A DNA stretch of 64,000 bases from contig JAUYHD010000029.1 of assembly GCA_030690215.1 (NCBI GenBank), positions 14,568 to 78,567 on the forward strand. The letters are read 5' to 3'. The position numbers were made by a program, and so were the translations under genes. The stretch's first letter is position 1; the number at the start of each line of letters is the position of its first letter. The notes below the pieces were generated by a model. It ran no database searches. It was not told the origin of the DNA and saw only the letters and a list, made by a program, of their open reading frames with translations. Below, piece by piece: positions 28,073 to 37,509 of this stretch. Source of the DNA: a bacterium. GTDB taxonomy: Bacteria; Patescibacteriota; Minisyncoccia; 1-14-0-10-42-19.

Positions 28073-28107
28073 GGACAGACACGGAGTGTCTGTCCCCTTT
28101 TTTTATC
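28073..28107. terminator. bidirectional rho-independent terminator
   Basis: ggacagacacggagtgtctgtcc perfect stem flanked by A-run and T-run. Confidence 0.8.
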
Positions 28108-28113
28108 TAATCG

Positions 28114-29301
28114 TTATTGCTTATGGCGTATCCGATAAATCACTCCCGCCTTATCGTCCGACACGAACATATCTCCATTGGGGCGGATAACCACATCAAC
28201 AGGCCTCCCCAGAGCCGCATTGTCTTTCGTAAGCCATCCGGTGATAAAATCGGTAACTTCCGAAAACTTCCCGGCAGGATCAAATACTATGCGCACCAGC
28301 TTATACCCCGTCGGCTCAGTTCTGTTCCAAGATCCGTGGTATGCCACAATCAGGTCGTTTTTATACTCTTCGGGCCAATCCGCACTCTGAGGGACAAACG
28401 CCAGCCCAAGAGGCGCTGAATGCGCCTGCAGATCAATACGCGAGGGCGACTCAAATGGCTCCATGCACGGATTTCGTATATATGTATTTTTATCAAATTC
28501 AGTATCGTGTATATTCTTGCCGTAACAGATGGGCCATCCGTAATTGGCGCCCTCGATGATAATATTTATTTCATCGGGCGGAATGTTGTCTCCCAACTCA
28601 TCGCGACCCATCTCGGTCGCCCACATTCTTCCATCAAATGGGCTCCAGTCAAAAAATACCGCATTACGAAGGCCTCTGGCATACTCTTTAAAATCGCTCC
28701 CGTCTTTGTTCATGGAAAAAATCTTTGCGCGACGGTCGTCTTTTTCATTACATACATTACAAGAAGAACCAATAGATACATACAAACGCCCATCGGGCCC
28801 AAACCTAATCGTTCGAGTAGAATGCCCGCCACCAGAAGGCAGATCAGCGATTTTTTCAGGAGACCCTTCCGAGTATATCCGTACGCGCGATATTGTATCT
28901 TCCTCCGCAAAATAAAGAATTTGCGGGTCATCGGGGTCAAACGCAAGCCCATGAGGTTTTTGTAAATTCCTGAATACGTTGCTTGTGTGTGTCGCTTTCC
29001 CTGACTCATTCAACTCAACAAGGGAAATAACGCCTTCCGAAGTACGAGACACCCACATGTTTCCAAACGCATCAAACACAATAACACGCGCGCCTGAAAG
29101 CCCATCCGCAAAAAGAGAAATAGAAAAACCGGAGGAAAGCGTAAACGGCATTCGCCCTTCTTCAAAAATGTCTTTTATATTTTCTACAGGGGGCAGTATC
29201 GCAGGGCCGCTCCCTCGTAAATTTTTCCAATAAAAAACTGCGGCCCATAAAACACCGCCTGCGATAATCCCTATTCCTATGCCGACAATAATCTTTTTCA
29301 T
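28114..29301 (-). CDS. PQQ-dependent sugar (glucose/sorbosone) dehydrogenase-like beta-propeller, N-terminal TM
   Basis: soluble aldose sugar dehydrogenase (YliI)-like repeats; 395 aa. Confidence 0.65.
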   Translation of the reverse strand: MKKIIVGIGIGIIAGGVLWAAVFYWKNLRGSGPAILPPVENIKDIFEEGRMPFTLSSGFSISLFADGLSGARVIVFDAFGNMWVSRTSEGVISLVELNESGKATHTSNVFRNLQKPHGLAFDPDDPQILYFAEEDTISRVRIYSEGSPEKIADLPSGGGHSTRTIRFGPDGRLYVSIGSSCNVCNEKDDRRAKIFSMNKDGSDFKEYARGLRNAVFFDWSPFDGRMWATEMGRDELGDNIPPDEINIIIEGANYGWPICYGKNIHDTEFDKNTYIRNPCMEPFESPSRIDLQAHSAPLGLAFVPQSADWPEEYKNDLIVAYHGSWNRTEPTGYKLVRIVFDPAGKFSEVTDFITGWLTKDNAALGRPVDVVIRPNGDMFVSDDKAGVIYRIRHKQ

Positions 29302-29304
29302 GCA

Positions 29305-29541
29305 TCATATGCCGGTCGGGGGCTCCGAAACATTTATACTCTTTTTCTGTTTTTTTGTACGGGTAACTAACAAATATAAAATTTCAAAAATACCCGCCGT
29401 ATTCACCACCAAAAATACAACAAACCACCATTTGTCCCCTCTGTGCGCGGCGCGCCAAAGCGCAAACCCTTTCCAAGGCAATGTCCATATCGCAAGAACG
29501 AGCGCGAGAATAAAAATCGTTTCCGGAATATCCCCTATCAT
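29305..29541 (-). CDS. small 2-TM protein, PLD-nuclease N-terminal (PLDc_N/DUF5652)-like
   Basis: ALWRAAHRGDKWWFVVFLVVNTAGIFEILYLL pattern. Confidence 0.4.
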   Translation of the reverse strand: MIGDIPETIFILALVLAIWTLPWKGFALWRAAHRGDKWWFVVFLVVNTAGIFEILYLLVTRTKKQKKSINVSEPPTGI

Positions 29542-29560
29542 GCTTTCATGATACCAAATA

Positions 29561-30100
29561 TTACTCCCTATCGCCTACCCCGCCGGAGTTATTTTCGGAA
29601 AATGTTTGAAAAACGTCCATAATTAAATTCCCGAAAGGATCTTGAAGCGCTTCATCCTGACGAAAATTAAATTCACGATCACCATCATCCGCGTGGATGA
29701 CCGCATAATATGTTTTTCCCGGTGCCGTGTTACGAAGCAATTCCACGGTCCCCGCTGTCTTTCCTCCCGGAAAATATCGGGCGCCTAGAATATTTGACGG
29801 CACGCCATGTTGATCCTCATGAACCGCAAGCCACGCCCCCCGCGAGAGCGTCGCTAAAGAAATAAATACGCTATCGCCTGCGTCTTGAGCATCAACCGAA
29901 ACTGAATTGTGCCCTAACGGCAAAGAAAACACATCAGAAGCCGTGTTTGATTCATTGCGCGCGGCAGCCCTATCTTTTTGCTCTCCAGAAAAAAGAAGCC
30001 ACGCAAAACCAAACCCCAGCGCAAACGCTATAACGGGAATAAAAATAGAAACAAAAAACGAAGATGAAACGGTATCTTTTTCCATAATGAATCCCTCCAA
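29561..30100 (-). CDS. hypothetical membrane-anchored protein
   Basis: N-terminal TM then soluble domain; no motif recognised. Confidence 0.4.
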   Translation of the reverse strand: MEGFIMEKDTVSSSFFVSIFIPVIAFALGFGFAWLLFSGEQKDRAAARNESNTASDVFSLPLGHNSVSVDAQDAGDSVFISLATLSRGAWLAVHEDQHGVPSNILGARYFPGGKTAGTVELLRNTAPGKTYYAVIHADDGDREFNFRQDEALQDPFGNLIMDVFQTFSENNSGGVGDRE

Positions 30101-30120
30101 TTATAAACTATTCGCACAAA

Positions 30121-30192
30121 TAAAAAAAGGCGTCCTGTGTGTTGACCCCGAAATGCATGTGTTGCATAACGGGGCAAGCAGGACGCCTGTGT
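30121..30192 (-). terminator. terminator hairpin with conserved 42-nt interior, downstream of pepF-1
   Basis: stem GGCGTCCTG/CAGGACGCC + 8 U on minus strand; interior identical to 32162-32203. Confidence 0.7.
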
Positions 30193-30193
30193 G

Positions 30194-32020
30194 TTATTTA
30201 TTTTTTATACGAGATAAAAGAACTTCCATTTCCTCTATCGGCTTTTTGAGCGTATGGATGGCATTAACCCAAAACTCGGGAGATGAAAGATCTTTGCCGA
30301 TCGTTTTTTTTGCAACTGCTTCGGGGGTGTCTGAGCCAGACAACATAAGGAATTTTTCATATTTCGGAAGAAAATCTTCCCCTTCTTCTTTAAAAAGAGC
30401 GAAAAGACCCCTGCTTAGTAAATATCCGAACGTATACGGGAAATTGTAAAACATAACTCCAGTAATATAAAAATGGAGTTTTGTCGCCCAAAAATATGGG
30501 TCTTCGCCGCCTTTTTCAAGCACATCCCCAAATATAGCGCGCTGCTTTTGAACCATAATATCATTCAATCGCGCAACGCTTAATTCATGGGAGGCACGCT
30601 CTTCATATACCGCTTTTTCAAATTCGTAGCGAACCGGAATATCTAACAAATAAATCGCGCCGTGATTAATTTCCGCATCAAGCATAAGCGCTTTTTCTTC
30701 ATCAGAAACTTCGGGGTCTTTCATAATCCCCTCCGCAAGAATCATTTCTCCAAATGTAGAAGCAGATTCCGCAAGAGTCATCGGATAGTGACGACCAAAT
30801 GTTCGCACGCCCCTCATGATGTTTTCATGAAATGCGTGTCCTGATTCATGCGCAAGAGTTAATATGTCTCCTATGGTATTGTTATAGGTCATAAAAATCC
30901 TGGATTCGTTGATGAGGAGTGATCTGCTACAAAATCCGCCCGGTCGTTTCCCGGTGCGCGGCTCCCAATCAATCCACCGCTCATTGCATAGGTTGCGGAA
31001 AAATCTTCCGAGTTTTGGATATGCTCCGAAAAATGATTTTTCAACAAGCTGTTTTGCTTTTCCCCAATCAAGATGCGCGTGTATATCCAATGGAGCGCCC
31101 AAATCAAACCATGCGATATTTTCTCTTCCCATCATTTTTGCCTTTAACCCAAGAATTTTTTTCGGTAGGGCAATTTCCGAATATACCGCTTCAAGCATTG
31201 CTTCAAGCGTTTCCTGCTTTATTCCCGCATCAAATAAAGCGGTATCAAGAAAATAATTCGTCCCTCTTTTTTGGCCAAGCGTCAGCCGGGTACCCGAAAT
31301 TGCGTTCAACGCAGCTGCAGGAATGTCAGCTATCTTTGCCCACGCTTCGTTCCCCCCTCTAAATGCCGCTTCTCGTATCTCTCGGTCCGGCTTTTCCATA
31401 AGAGAGCGCCTTTGCGAAAAGGGTTTTATTTCTTTCCGCCCGTCAGGGTACTGCATCTCAAATGTCAATTTCCCCGAAGTGTTATTATATAAACGACCCC
31501 ACGCTTCAATCCCATCCACCCCAAGATCCGCGGCAAGTATTTCCATCTCTTTTGACATGGTCATGTTTGCCCTTTTTCGCATCCGAGCAAGATAATAAAG
31601 TGCGGCTCCTGCATTGCCCATAAAAGCGTCTCGCGCAATGAACGTATGGAATACGCTATCGGGCACGCCCTTAAGCGCTCTATCAAGCTCAACTTCCAAT
31701 CTTGCGTATTCGGCTTTAAGACGAGACATACCCGCCTGCTCTTCAGTATATTTCTCATTATCCGCATCAGCAGATGAAATGCATTCTACATATGATTCCA
31801 GATGAGAAAAGCGGGCCTGGATACCTTCGAGCGCAAGAAATATTTCTTCCCATTCGTTTTGATTTGAATCGCCCAACGAATCAAGCAATGATGCTTTTTT
31901 TGTAAAATCCTCTACATCCTTCCTAAAATTTCTTTTGAACGCCCTCATCCCAGGGCCATTGAATGCAAGAAAATACCTTGAGAGGTCCCAATTTCCATCC
32001 CTATTTACAGTCGCGTGCAT
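30194..32020 (-). CDS. pepF: oligoendopeptidase F (M3B)
   Basis: HESGHAFH zinc motif, M3 fold; start MHATVNRDG after AAGGAGG. Confidence 0.85.
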   Translation of the reverse strand: MHATVNRDGNWDLSRYFLAFNGPGMRAFKRNFRKDVEDFTKKASLLDSLGDSNQNEWEEIFLALEGIQARFSHLESYVECISSADADNEKYTEEQAGMSRLKAEYARLEVELDRALKGVPDSVFHTFIARDAFMGNAGAALYYLARMRKRANMTMSKEMEILAADLGVDGIEAWGRLYNNTSGKLTFEMQYPDGRKEIKPFSQRRSLMEKPDREIREAAFRGGNEAWAKIADIPAAALNAISGTRLTLGQKRGTNYFLDTALFDAGIKQETLEAMLEAVYSEIALPKKILGLKAKMMGRENIAWFDLGAPLDIHAHLDWGKAKQLVEKSFFGAYPKLGRFFRNLCNERWIDWEPRTGKRPGGFCSRSLLINESRIFMTYNNTIGDILTLAHESGHAFHENIMRGVRTFGRHYPMTLAESASTFGEMILAEGIMKDPEVSDEEKALMLDAEINHGAIYLLDIPVRYEFEKAVYEERASHELSVARLNDIMVQKQRAIFGDVLEKGGEDPYFWATKLHFYITGVMFYNFPYTFGYLLSRGLFALFKEEGEDFLPKYEKFLMLSGSDTPEAVAKKTIGKDLSSPEFWVNAIHTLKKPIEEMEVLLSRIKNK

Positions 32021-32150
32021 GTATAAAACCTCCTTGTAAAATAGCTTATTTGAATATGATAGTATCATAAAAAATAAATTTTGTATATAATATCTACCCT
32101 TCTGTGTTGCTCACCCTCCCAAATTGTGTATTAAAAAATAGGCGCTCAAA

Positions 32151-32222
32151 ACAAAAAAAGACGTCCTGTGTGTTGACCCCGAAATGCATGTGTTGCATAA
32201 CGAAGGCACAGAGGACGTCTCA
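32151..32222 (-). terminator. terminator hairpin with conserved 42-nt interior, downstream of pepF-2
   Basis: stem GACGTCCTCTGTG/CACACAGGACGTC with compensatory changes relative to copy 1, + U-run. Confidence 0.7.
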
Positions 32223-32236
32223 TGCGTTATTTGTTT

Positions 32237-34048
32237 TTATGAAAGTGTTGCGTACATCTCTTCGGCTTCTTTCAGCATTTCGCGCATAATTCGTATCCCG
32301 GAATTCCAAAAAGCAGGATCGATTATGTCTACGCCTACATGCTTTTTTAAAAGAATATGCGGCGCATCGCTCCCGCCGGCAGAAAGTAAACTCATATACC
32401 CCGGCACAAACGCCTGCCCTTCTTCCAGATATTTTTGATATAGCGCGAGCACCAAGAGTTCGCCGAACGAATATGCGTAACAATAGAATGGCGAATGAAT
32501 AAAATGAGGTATATAGAGCCACCACCATGCGTATTCCTTGGTAAGCGTCAGCGAACCGCCAAACATTTTTTTATTCTCATCAATCCATAATTCATTGATG
32601 TGCTCTGTCGGGATTTCTCCTTTTTCTCTGCGCTCTCTATGAACACGTTCTTCAAAACGGGTAAAAATAACCTGACGGTATACGGTAGCAAATATTTCTT
32701 CCAACTTGCCCATAATAAGCGCCATTTTTTTCTTTGGATCTTTTTCTTGTTTTTTCAAGCTGTCAAAAAGAAGTATTTCGGCAAAAACACTCGCGGTTTC
32801 AGCAGTAGGGAGAGGTGTGTCGGCTCCAAACAATCCTTGCTTGCGCGAAAGATACTGATGAATGCCATGCCCAAGCTCATGCGCGAGCGTCATAACATCG
32901 CGCAGACGCCCCATGTAATTTACGAGGACATAGGGATGCGCGCTCGGAACGGTGCCGTGGCTAAACGCTCCTCCACGCTTTCCTTTCCGCGGTGCCGCAT
33001 CAATCCATTTGTGGACAAAAAATTTCTCGGCAATGTCTCGTGCGTCTTGAGAAAATACCCCGAACGAATCAAGCACCATGCGTTTCGCATCAGAAAAAGC
33101 AATTCTCTTTTCATCGAATACCACAGGAGCATACCTGTCATAGTCATATAACACGTCAAGACCAAGCACCTTTTTCTTAAGCTCATAATAGCGGTGCGGT
33201 ATATCATAATGTTCCTCGGAAACTTTTAAAAACGCATCTACTATATCCTGGCTTATTTCATTCTCAAGATTCCGGAATGCCATCGGGTGCCCGAAAGACC
33301 GAAGCCTGTCGTCAATCGCGCAATCCTGAAGAATGGTGTTGAAGATAAACGTAAGAGTTGTTTTGTTCTCTTGGAGGCCTTTCGTAAGTGCGTCTGCCGC
33401 TGATTTTCTAAGGGTACGGTCGGAATGATATAAGAACGCGAGTATTTCGCTCTCGCTCATCTTTTCTGTTTTTTTGCCTCTTCTCATCTTAAAAACAATA
33501 TTATTTCCAATCTCATCAAAAAGACGCGAAAAGGCCTCTGAGCCGGTATTGTTTTTTTCGCTTAGTATTTTTTCTTCCGGCTCGCTAAGCTTATGCGGTT
33601 TTTCAATTCTTTCTTTCTCTAAATAGTGCCTATATCGAGAGAGGGTTTCTTCTCCGAGCAATTGTTCTGCTACGCTATCGGAAACGCCCACCCACTCTAA
33701 TTCAAAAAACAACACATGCTTATTTATTTCTGTTGCTTTTTCTTGCATCCTGGCAAGAAATGCTCCGTATTCTTGCTTGCTCGTATCGCTCGCGTACATC
33801 AAATACGCGTATGCAAGAATTTTGTGAACGCATTCCGTTATTTTTTCCAGACCAGAAACCGCATCAAATAGAAAAGACGCGGTAAGCGAATCGGAATGTA
33901 TCTTGCCCCTATAGCGCGCGCCAAATTCTTTCGCCCTCAAAAGAGCGGACGCAATATCGTTCTCAATAGCCGGGTCTGTATGCCCCGTATATAAATCGGA
34001 TAAATCCCACGCGGGGATTTTCTCATTTTTTGCAGATTGTGTGTTCAT
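32237..34048 (-). CDS. pepF: oligoendopeptidase F paralog (M3B)
   Basis: HELGHGIH zinc motif; ~40% identical to pepF-1 by eye. Confidence 0.85.
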   Translation of the reverse strand: MNTQSAKNEKIPAWDLSDLYTGHTDPAIENDIASALLRAKEFGARYRGKIHSDSLTASFLFDAVSGLEKITECVHKILAYAYLMYASDTSKQEYGAFLARMQEKATEINKHVLFFELEWVGVSDSVAEQLLGEETLSRYRHYLEKERIEKPHKLSEPEEKILSEKNNTGSEAFSRLFDEIGNNIVFKMRRGKKTEKMSESEILAFLYHSDRTLRKSAADALTKGLQENKTTLTFIFNTILQDCAIDDRLRSFGHPMAFRNLENEISQDIVDAFLKVSEEHYDIPHRYYELKKKVLGLDVLYDYDRYAPVVFDEKRIAFSDAKRMVLDSFGVFSQDARDIAEKFFVHKWIDAAPRKGKRGGAFSHGTVPSAHPYVLVNYMGRLRDVMTLAHELGHGIHQYLSRKQGLFGADTPLPTAETASVFAEILLFDSLKKQEKDPKKKMALIMGKLEEIFATVYRQVIFTRFEERVHRERREKGEIPTEHINELWIDENKKMFGGSLTLTKEYAWWWLYIPHFIHSPFYCYAYSFGELLVLALYQKYLEEGQAFVPGYMSLLSAGGSDAPHILLKKHVGVDIIDPAFWNSGIRIMREMLKEAEEMYATLS

Positions 34049-34128
34049 ATCTATCTCCTTATCGTGCTATTTTTAAACATCTTCTTTGCAGAATACTATC
34101 ATAAAAATTTACTTCTGTATATGATATG

Positions 34129-34431
34129 TTACATGTCAGACAGCATCTTTCTTACCACTTCTCTGTATTCCGGGAAATACGACTCAATATCCTGAAGAGA
34201 AAATCTCCGTAGAATTGATTCATTCGATTCATGCGATAAAAGAAACCGAAATGATTGTTGCACCAAGATATCGGGAGCTGCGCTTTCCCCCGTTAACTCC
34301 TCCCAATATGGCTCGGATAAAGAAACTTCGTGCGTTGTTGTCGTCCCGTTGCGGACGGTAACGCGATACTTCGCTTCAGGAAGCGGATCAATTTCTTCCA
34401 CCGTGACAGTATAGGCAAACGAATCTCGCAT
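34129..34431 (-). CDS. hypothetical acidic protein (100 aa)
   Basis: ORF only. Confidence 0.35.
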   Translation of the reverse strand: MRDSFAYTVTVEEIDPLPEAKYRVTVRNGTTTTHEVSLSEPYWEELTGESAAPDILVQQSFRFLLSHESNESILRRFSLQDIESYFPEYREVVRKMLSDM

Positions 34432-34514
34432 AATGTTCCATTAGTATACGGCATTTTTCGGAAATAAAAAAACCCCGATATTCTTTTACAAGAATAACGG
34501 GATTCTATTGGTAT

Positions 34515-35741
34515 TTAATTGCAATTTTCAATCAATACGGCAACCGCTCCTCCTCCACCATGGCATGTGGTCGCAATGCCGTATCGTCCATTCATGTCTT
34601 GTAGCGCGTAGCAAAGATTTACTAAAATTTTTGCGCCGGAAGCACCCAGTGGATGGCCGTTTGCGATAGCGCCGCCCCATACATTCACTTTTTCAGGGGA
34701 GAGTCCCAATTCTTTTATCGCAAAAAGGGGTGCGGGAGGAAATGCTTCGTTTATCTCAAAAAGGTCGATATCTTGCAGGCGCAATTTTGCTTTTTCTACA
34801 ACACGCGTTATCGCAAGAGTTGGCGCGCGCAAGAATTCGCGCGGTTCGAGCCCCGCGTGACCAAATGCCACTATGCGCGCCATGGGCTTTTTAATACACC
34901 CCACTGCTTGTTTCTCCGATATGAGTATGAGGGCAGATGCACCGTCCGATAACTGTGAGGAATTGGCAACCGTCAACCGTCCATTGTCGCAAAACACGGG
35001 CGGACGGCTCCGTATCTTATCTCTGTCCGGCTCACGCCATCCTTCATCAAATTGAGGAGAATTTTTTATATGCAGAAGCTGACGAGATATCTTTTCTCGC
35101 GCCGAACCTGCGCGAGAATAACTTTCAAACGCATACGCATCCAACACATCCCTCGATATTTCGTGGTCTCGAATAATACTTTCGGCAAGTTTTCCCATAA
35201 CGGGGAAGCCGGGGTAGAGCGCGTCGCACAATCCTTCCGACTGCAAACTATCCACTGCGTATTGCCCCATCAGAGGATCAGCGTTTTTTTCTTGCAGCGC
35301 TGTCTGTAAATACGAGAACGTATAGGCAAACGTAAGCGGATCATATACCCCATGTAGACGCCTCATCAAAAACGGCGCGTTGCTCATTGACTCAATACCG
35401 CCGACAATAACCGCATCCATGTCCCCCGTGGCTATTTTAAGGTACCCATACTCGGCAGAAAGAAAACTTGAAGAACATACCTTGCTAAAATTTGACGCAT
35501 CGGTAGCATGCCTCAATCCCGCGCGAATCTTTATTTGATTTGCCGGATGCTGGCCAAGCCCCGAAGAAACTACGTTCCCGATATATACGCCTTCTATGTC
35601 GCTACGGCTGATCAAAACGTAATCAATCAGCTTTTCTATGAGTTGGGCCCCAAGATCCACAGCCGAACTATCTTTATACGCACCGCCAAACCGTCCGGTA
35701 GGAATGCGTTTTCCTTCAAGAATATATACAGGCTTCATGCC
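34515..35741 (-). CDS. acetyl-CoA C-acetyltransferase (thiolase)
   Basis: thiolase motifs (NVHGGAIAIGHPLGASG, CxGGG at C-terminus); start MKPVYILEG after GGAGG (ORF track extends to 35837). Confidence 0.9.
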   Translation of the reverse strand, partial: GMKPVYILEGKRIPTGRFGGAYKDSSAVDLGAQLIEKLIDYVLISRSDIEGVYIGNVVSSGLGQHPANQIKIRAGLRHATDASNFSKVCSSSFLSAEYGYLKIATGDMDAVIVGGIESMSNAPFLMRRLHGVYDPLTFAYTFSYLQTALQEKNADPLMGQYAVDSLQSEGLCDALYPGFPVMGKLAESIIRDHEISRDVLDAYAFESYSRAGSAREKISRQLLHIKNSPQFDEGWREPDRDKIRSRPPVFCDNGRLTVANSSQLSDGASALILISEKQAVGCIKKPMARIVAFGHAGLEPREFLRAPTLAITRVVEKAKLRLQDIDLFEINEAFPPAPLFAIKELGLSPEKVNVWGGAIANGHPLGASGAKILVNLCYALQDMNGRYGIATTCHGGGGAVAVLIENCN

Positions 35742-35801
35742 AAACCTCCTTATGCAATTTTTTACTATAACAAACAACAAATACCCCCGCAGTATACACC
35801 A

Positions 35802-35828
35802 AAACACCCCTTTATAAAAGGGGTGTTT
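35802..35828. terminator. perfect palindromic hairpin aaacaccccttta-taaaggggtgttt (possible terminator of GIY-YIG gene)
   Basis: 11-bp stem; weak U tract. Confidence 0.4.
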
Positions 35829-35917
35829 ATGTTCCAAGATTTTTTAAAGCCAGCTTACCCCCGCAAAATAGACAAGAGCAAGAACAATAGCAAGGATAAG
35901 GAACGCCAAAAGAGCAA

Positions 35918-36238
35918 GCATACCCCGTTAGGCTAAATCAAATGAAGAAGACCAATACCCCCGCAGGCGATTCCTCAAAAATCTGCGTCCCGCAGTAGAT
36001 TTGAGATAACGCTCACGCTGTATGGCGTCTTCTTGATTTGTGCAAGCCTCAAGATAAATGATAATAAATGGTAGTCTCATTTTTGTTGAAAAGTTATATC
36101 CCCGTGTATGCTCTTCTAATCGTTTTTTAATATTCTTTGTACATCCTACATACATATTGCCATCCTTTTTGCTCCGCAATACGTATGTCCAGAAGAGCAT
36201 ATTTGATTTTGCCATACGGGGCATACCCCGTTAGGCTA
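35918..36238 (-). mobile_element. 303-bp GIY-YIG nuclease cassette bracketed by 18-bp direct repeats gcataccccgttaggcta
   Basis: DR at 35918-35935 (contains stop) and 36221-36238 (contains start); period 303 bp. Confidence 0.55.
35928..36224 (-). CDS. GIY-YIG nuclease family protein (YhbQ/UPF0213-like)
   Basis: FWTYVLRSKKDGNMYVGCTKNIKKRLEEH ... RERYLK matches GIY-YIG core. Confidence 0.8.
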   Translation of the reverse strand: MPRMAKSNMLFWTYVLRSKKDGNMYVGCTKNIKKRLEEHTRGYNFSTKMRLPFIIIYLEACTNQEDAIQRERYLKSTAGRRFLRNRLRGYWSSSFDLA

Positions 36239-36580
36239 CATCGAAAAACGTCTTCCTTGCCCCGTAAGACAATATCACATGGTACGTCATGCATTCGCCG
36301 TTCATTCACCATAGCATAGCTGTACTCCCCATTTCTTCTGACAGCGACGCTCTAATAAATGACGTACAAGAATGCGTTATGTGATATTGTCAAACGGGGC
36401 TTGCAAAATCGCAGAATATATTTCGATGGTTACCTTTTATTGTACTTTTACTAATAATACTTCGTATCACCTCCGTAAGACGTAAAGATTTTGCTTTTCC
36501 GCCGGAGGCGGATCTGCTCGCCTCGTCTTCGCCTCGGCGAGGCGGGCCTTCGGCATGACGATGTTGCCATACGGGGCATA
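36211..36580. repeat. 355-bp non-coding segment bracketed by 15-bp direct repeats gccatacggggcata; contains repeat-family sequences
   Basis: DR at 36211-36225 and 36566-36580; interior holds 36367-36414 (~80% to 16781-16830) and GC-rich palindrome 36488-36550. Confidence 0.5.
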
Positions 36581-37393
36581 TTATCTTATTTCGTATATCA
36601 GCGTTACTGTCACCATGATATCCTGTGACCCCGGTTCAATAGAAGGCGCGGGAGCCGTAGCACCGCCTATTCCTGCGTCACGAACAGACTCAAGCCCAAC
36701 AACACCCTTATAAAAGGGCGTAAACCCTCCTTCAGAAAGCGAAAGAAGGCGCCCAATCCTAAATCCTCCAGCACGCGCGGTCGCTTTTGCCTTTTCTTTT
36801 GCTTGTTCAATTGCTTTCTCGCGCGCCTCTTGCTCTACCATCGCAGGATCATCAATCGTAAACCAAAGCTGGGATACGGAATTTGCGCCATTTTCTACCA
36901 CACCGGAAAGCAGTTCGCCTACTATGCCAAATTTATCTTCCCGAGCTTTTACCAACACGGTTTGGCTTATCGTGTATCCTACTATTTCAGCAGGAGGGCA
37001 TGGCTCTATTGATATAACGTCACCCAATGACACGGGACGCGAACAATTATAGTATTGATATCGCGGAGAAACAGTATATCCCTGTGTAGTAATATCTTCT
37101 TTTGCTATCCCTTTTGATTTTACAAAATCAATCGCGGCATTCGTGCTTTCGGTATTTTTTTGCTGAAGAGAAGCAACATTGGTACCGCCTTCAGTAAGCA
37201 CGGTGAAAGAAAATTGCGCGACATCGGGTACTGCAACAACCTTCCCTTCGCCGGATACCGAGAAACTCCGGGCAAAAGACGGGTCAATTGAATTTTTTAA
37301 TGCGCCGACAAGCCCAACGACTCCGTACGAAAATGCGAGGAGCGCTACAATAATAACGACATAAAGATACTTTTTCCCTATAGGTGTGTCCAT
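36581..37393 (-). CDS. SIMPL/DUF541-like secreted or membrane-anchored protein
   Basis: N-terminal TM, size and composition typical of SIMPL domain proteins. Confidence 0.5.
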   Translation of the reverse strand: MDTPIGKKYLYVVIIVALLAFSYGVVGLVGALKNSIDPSFARSFSVSGEGKVVAVPDVAQFSFTVLTEGGTNVASLQQKNTESTNAAIDFVKSKGIAKEDITTQGYTVSPRYQYYNCSRPVSLGDVISIEPCPPAEIVGYTISQTVLVKAREDKFGIVGELLSGVVENGANSVSQLWFTIDDPAMVEQEAREKAIEQAKEKAKATARAGGFRIGRLLSLSEGGFTPFYKGVVGLESVRDAGIGGATAPAPSIEPGSQDIMVTVTLIYEIR

Positions 37394-37509
37394 ATGTATA
37401 GAAAATAATAACCTAATAATATACGCTTATAATACCATGTTTTCGGGCGCCCCATCAATGAAGCATGCTATACTATACATAGACCATCTTTACTAGGGAG
37501 GGCATATAT

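Noticed and set aside
35508-35936. 142-aa plus-strand ORF
   Set aside because: Antisense to the thiolase 5' end and the GIY-YIG direct repeat; no RBS.
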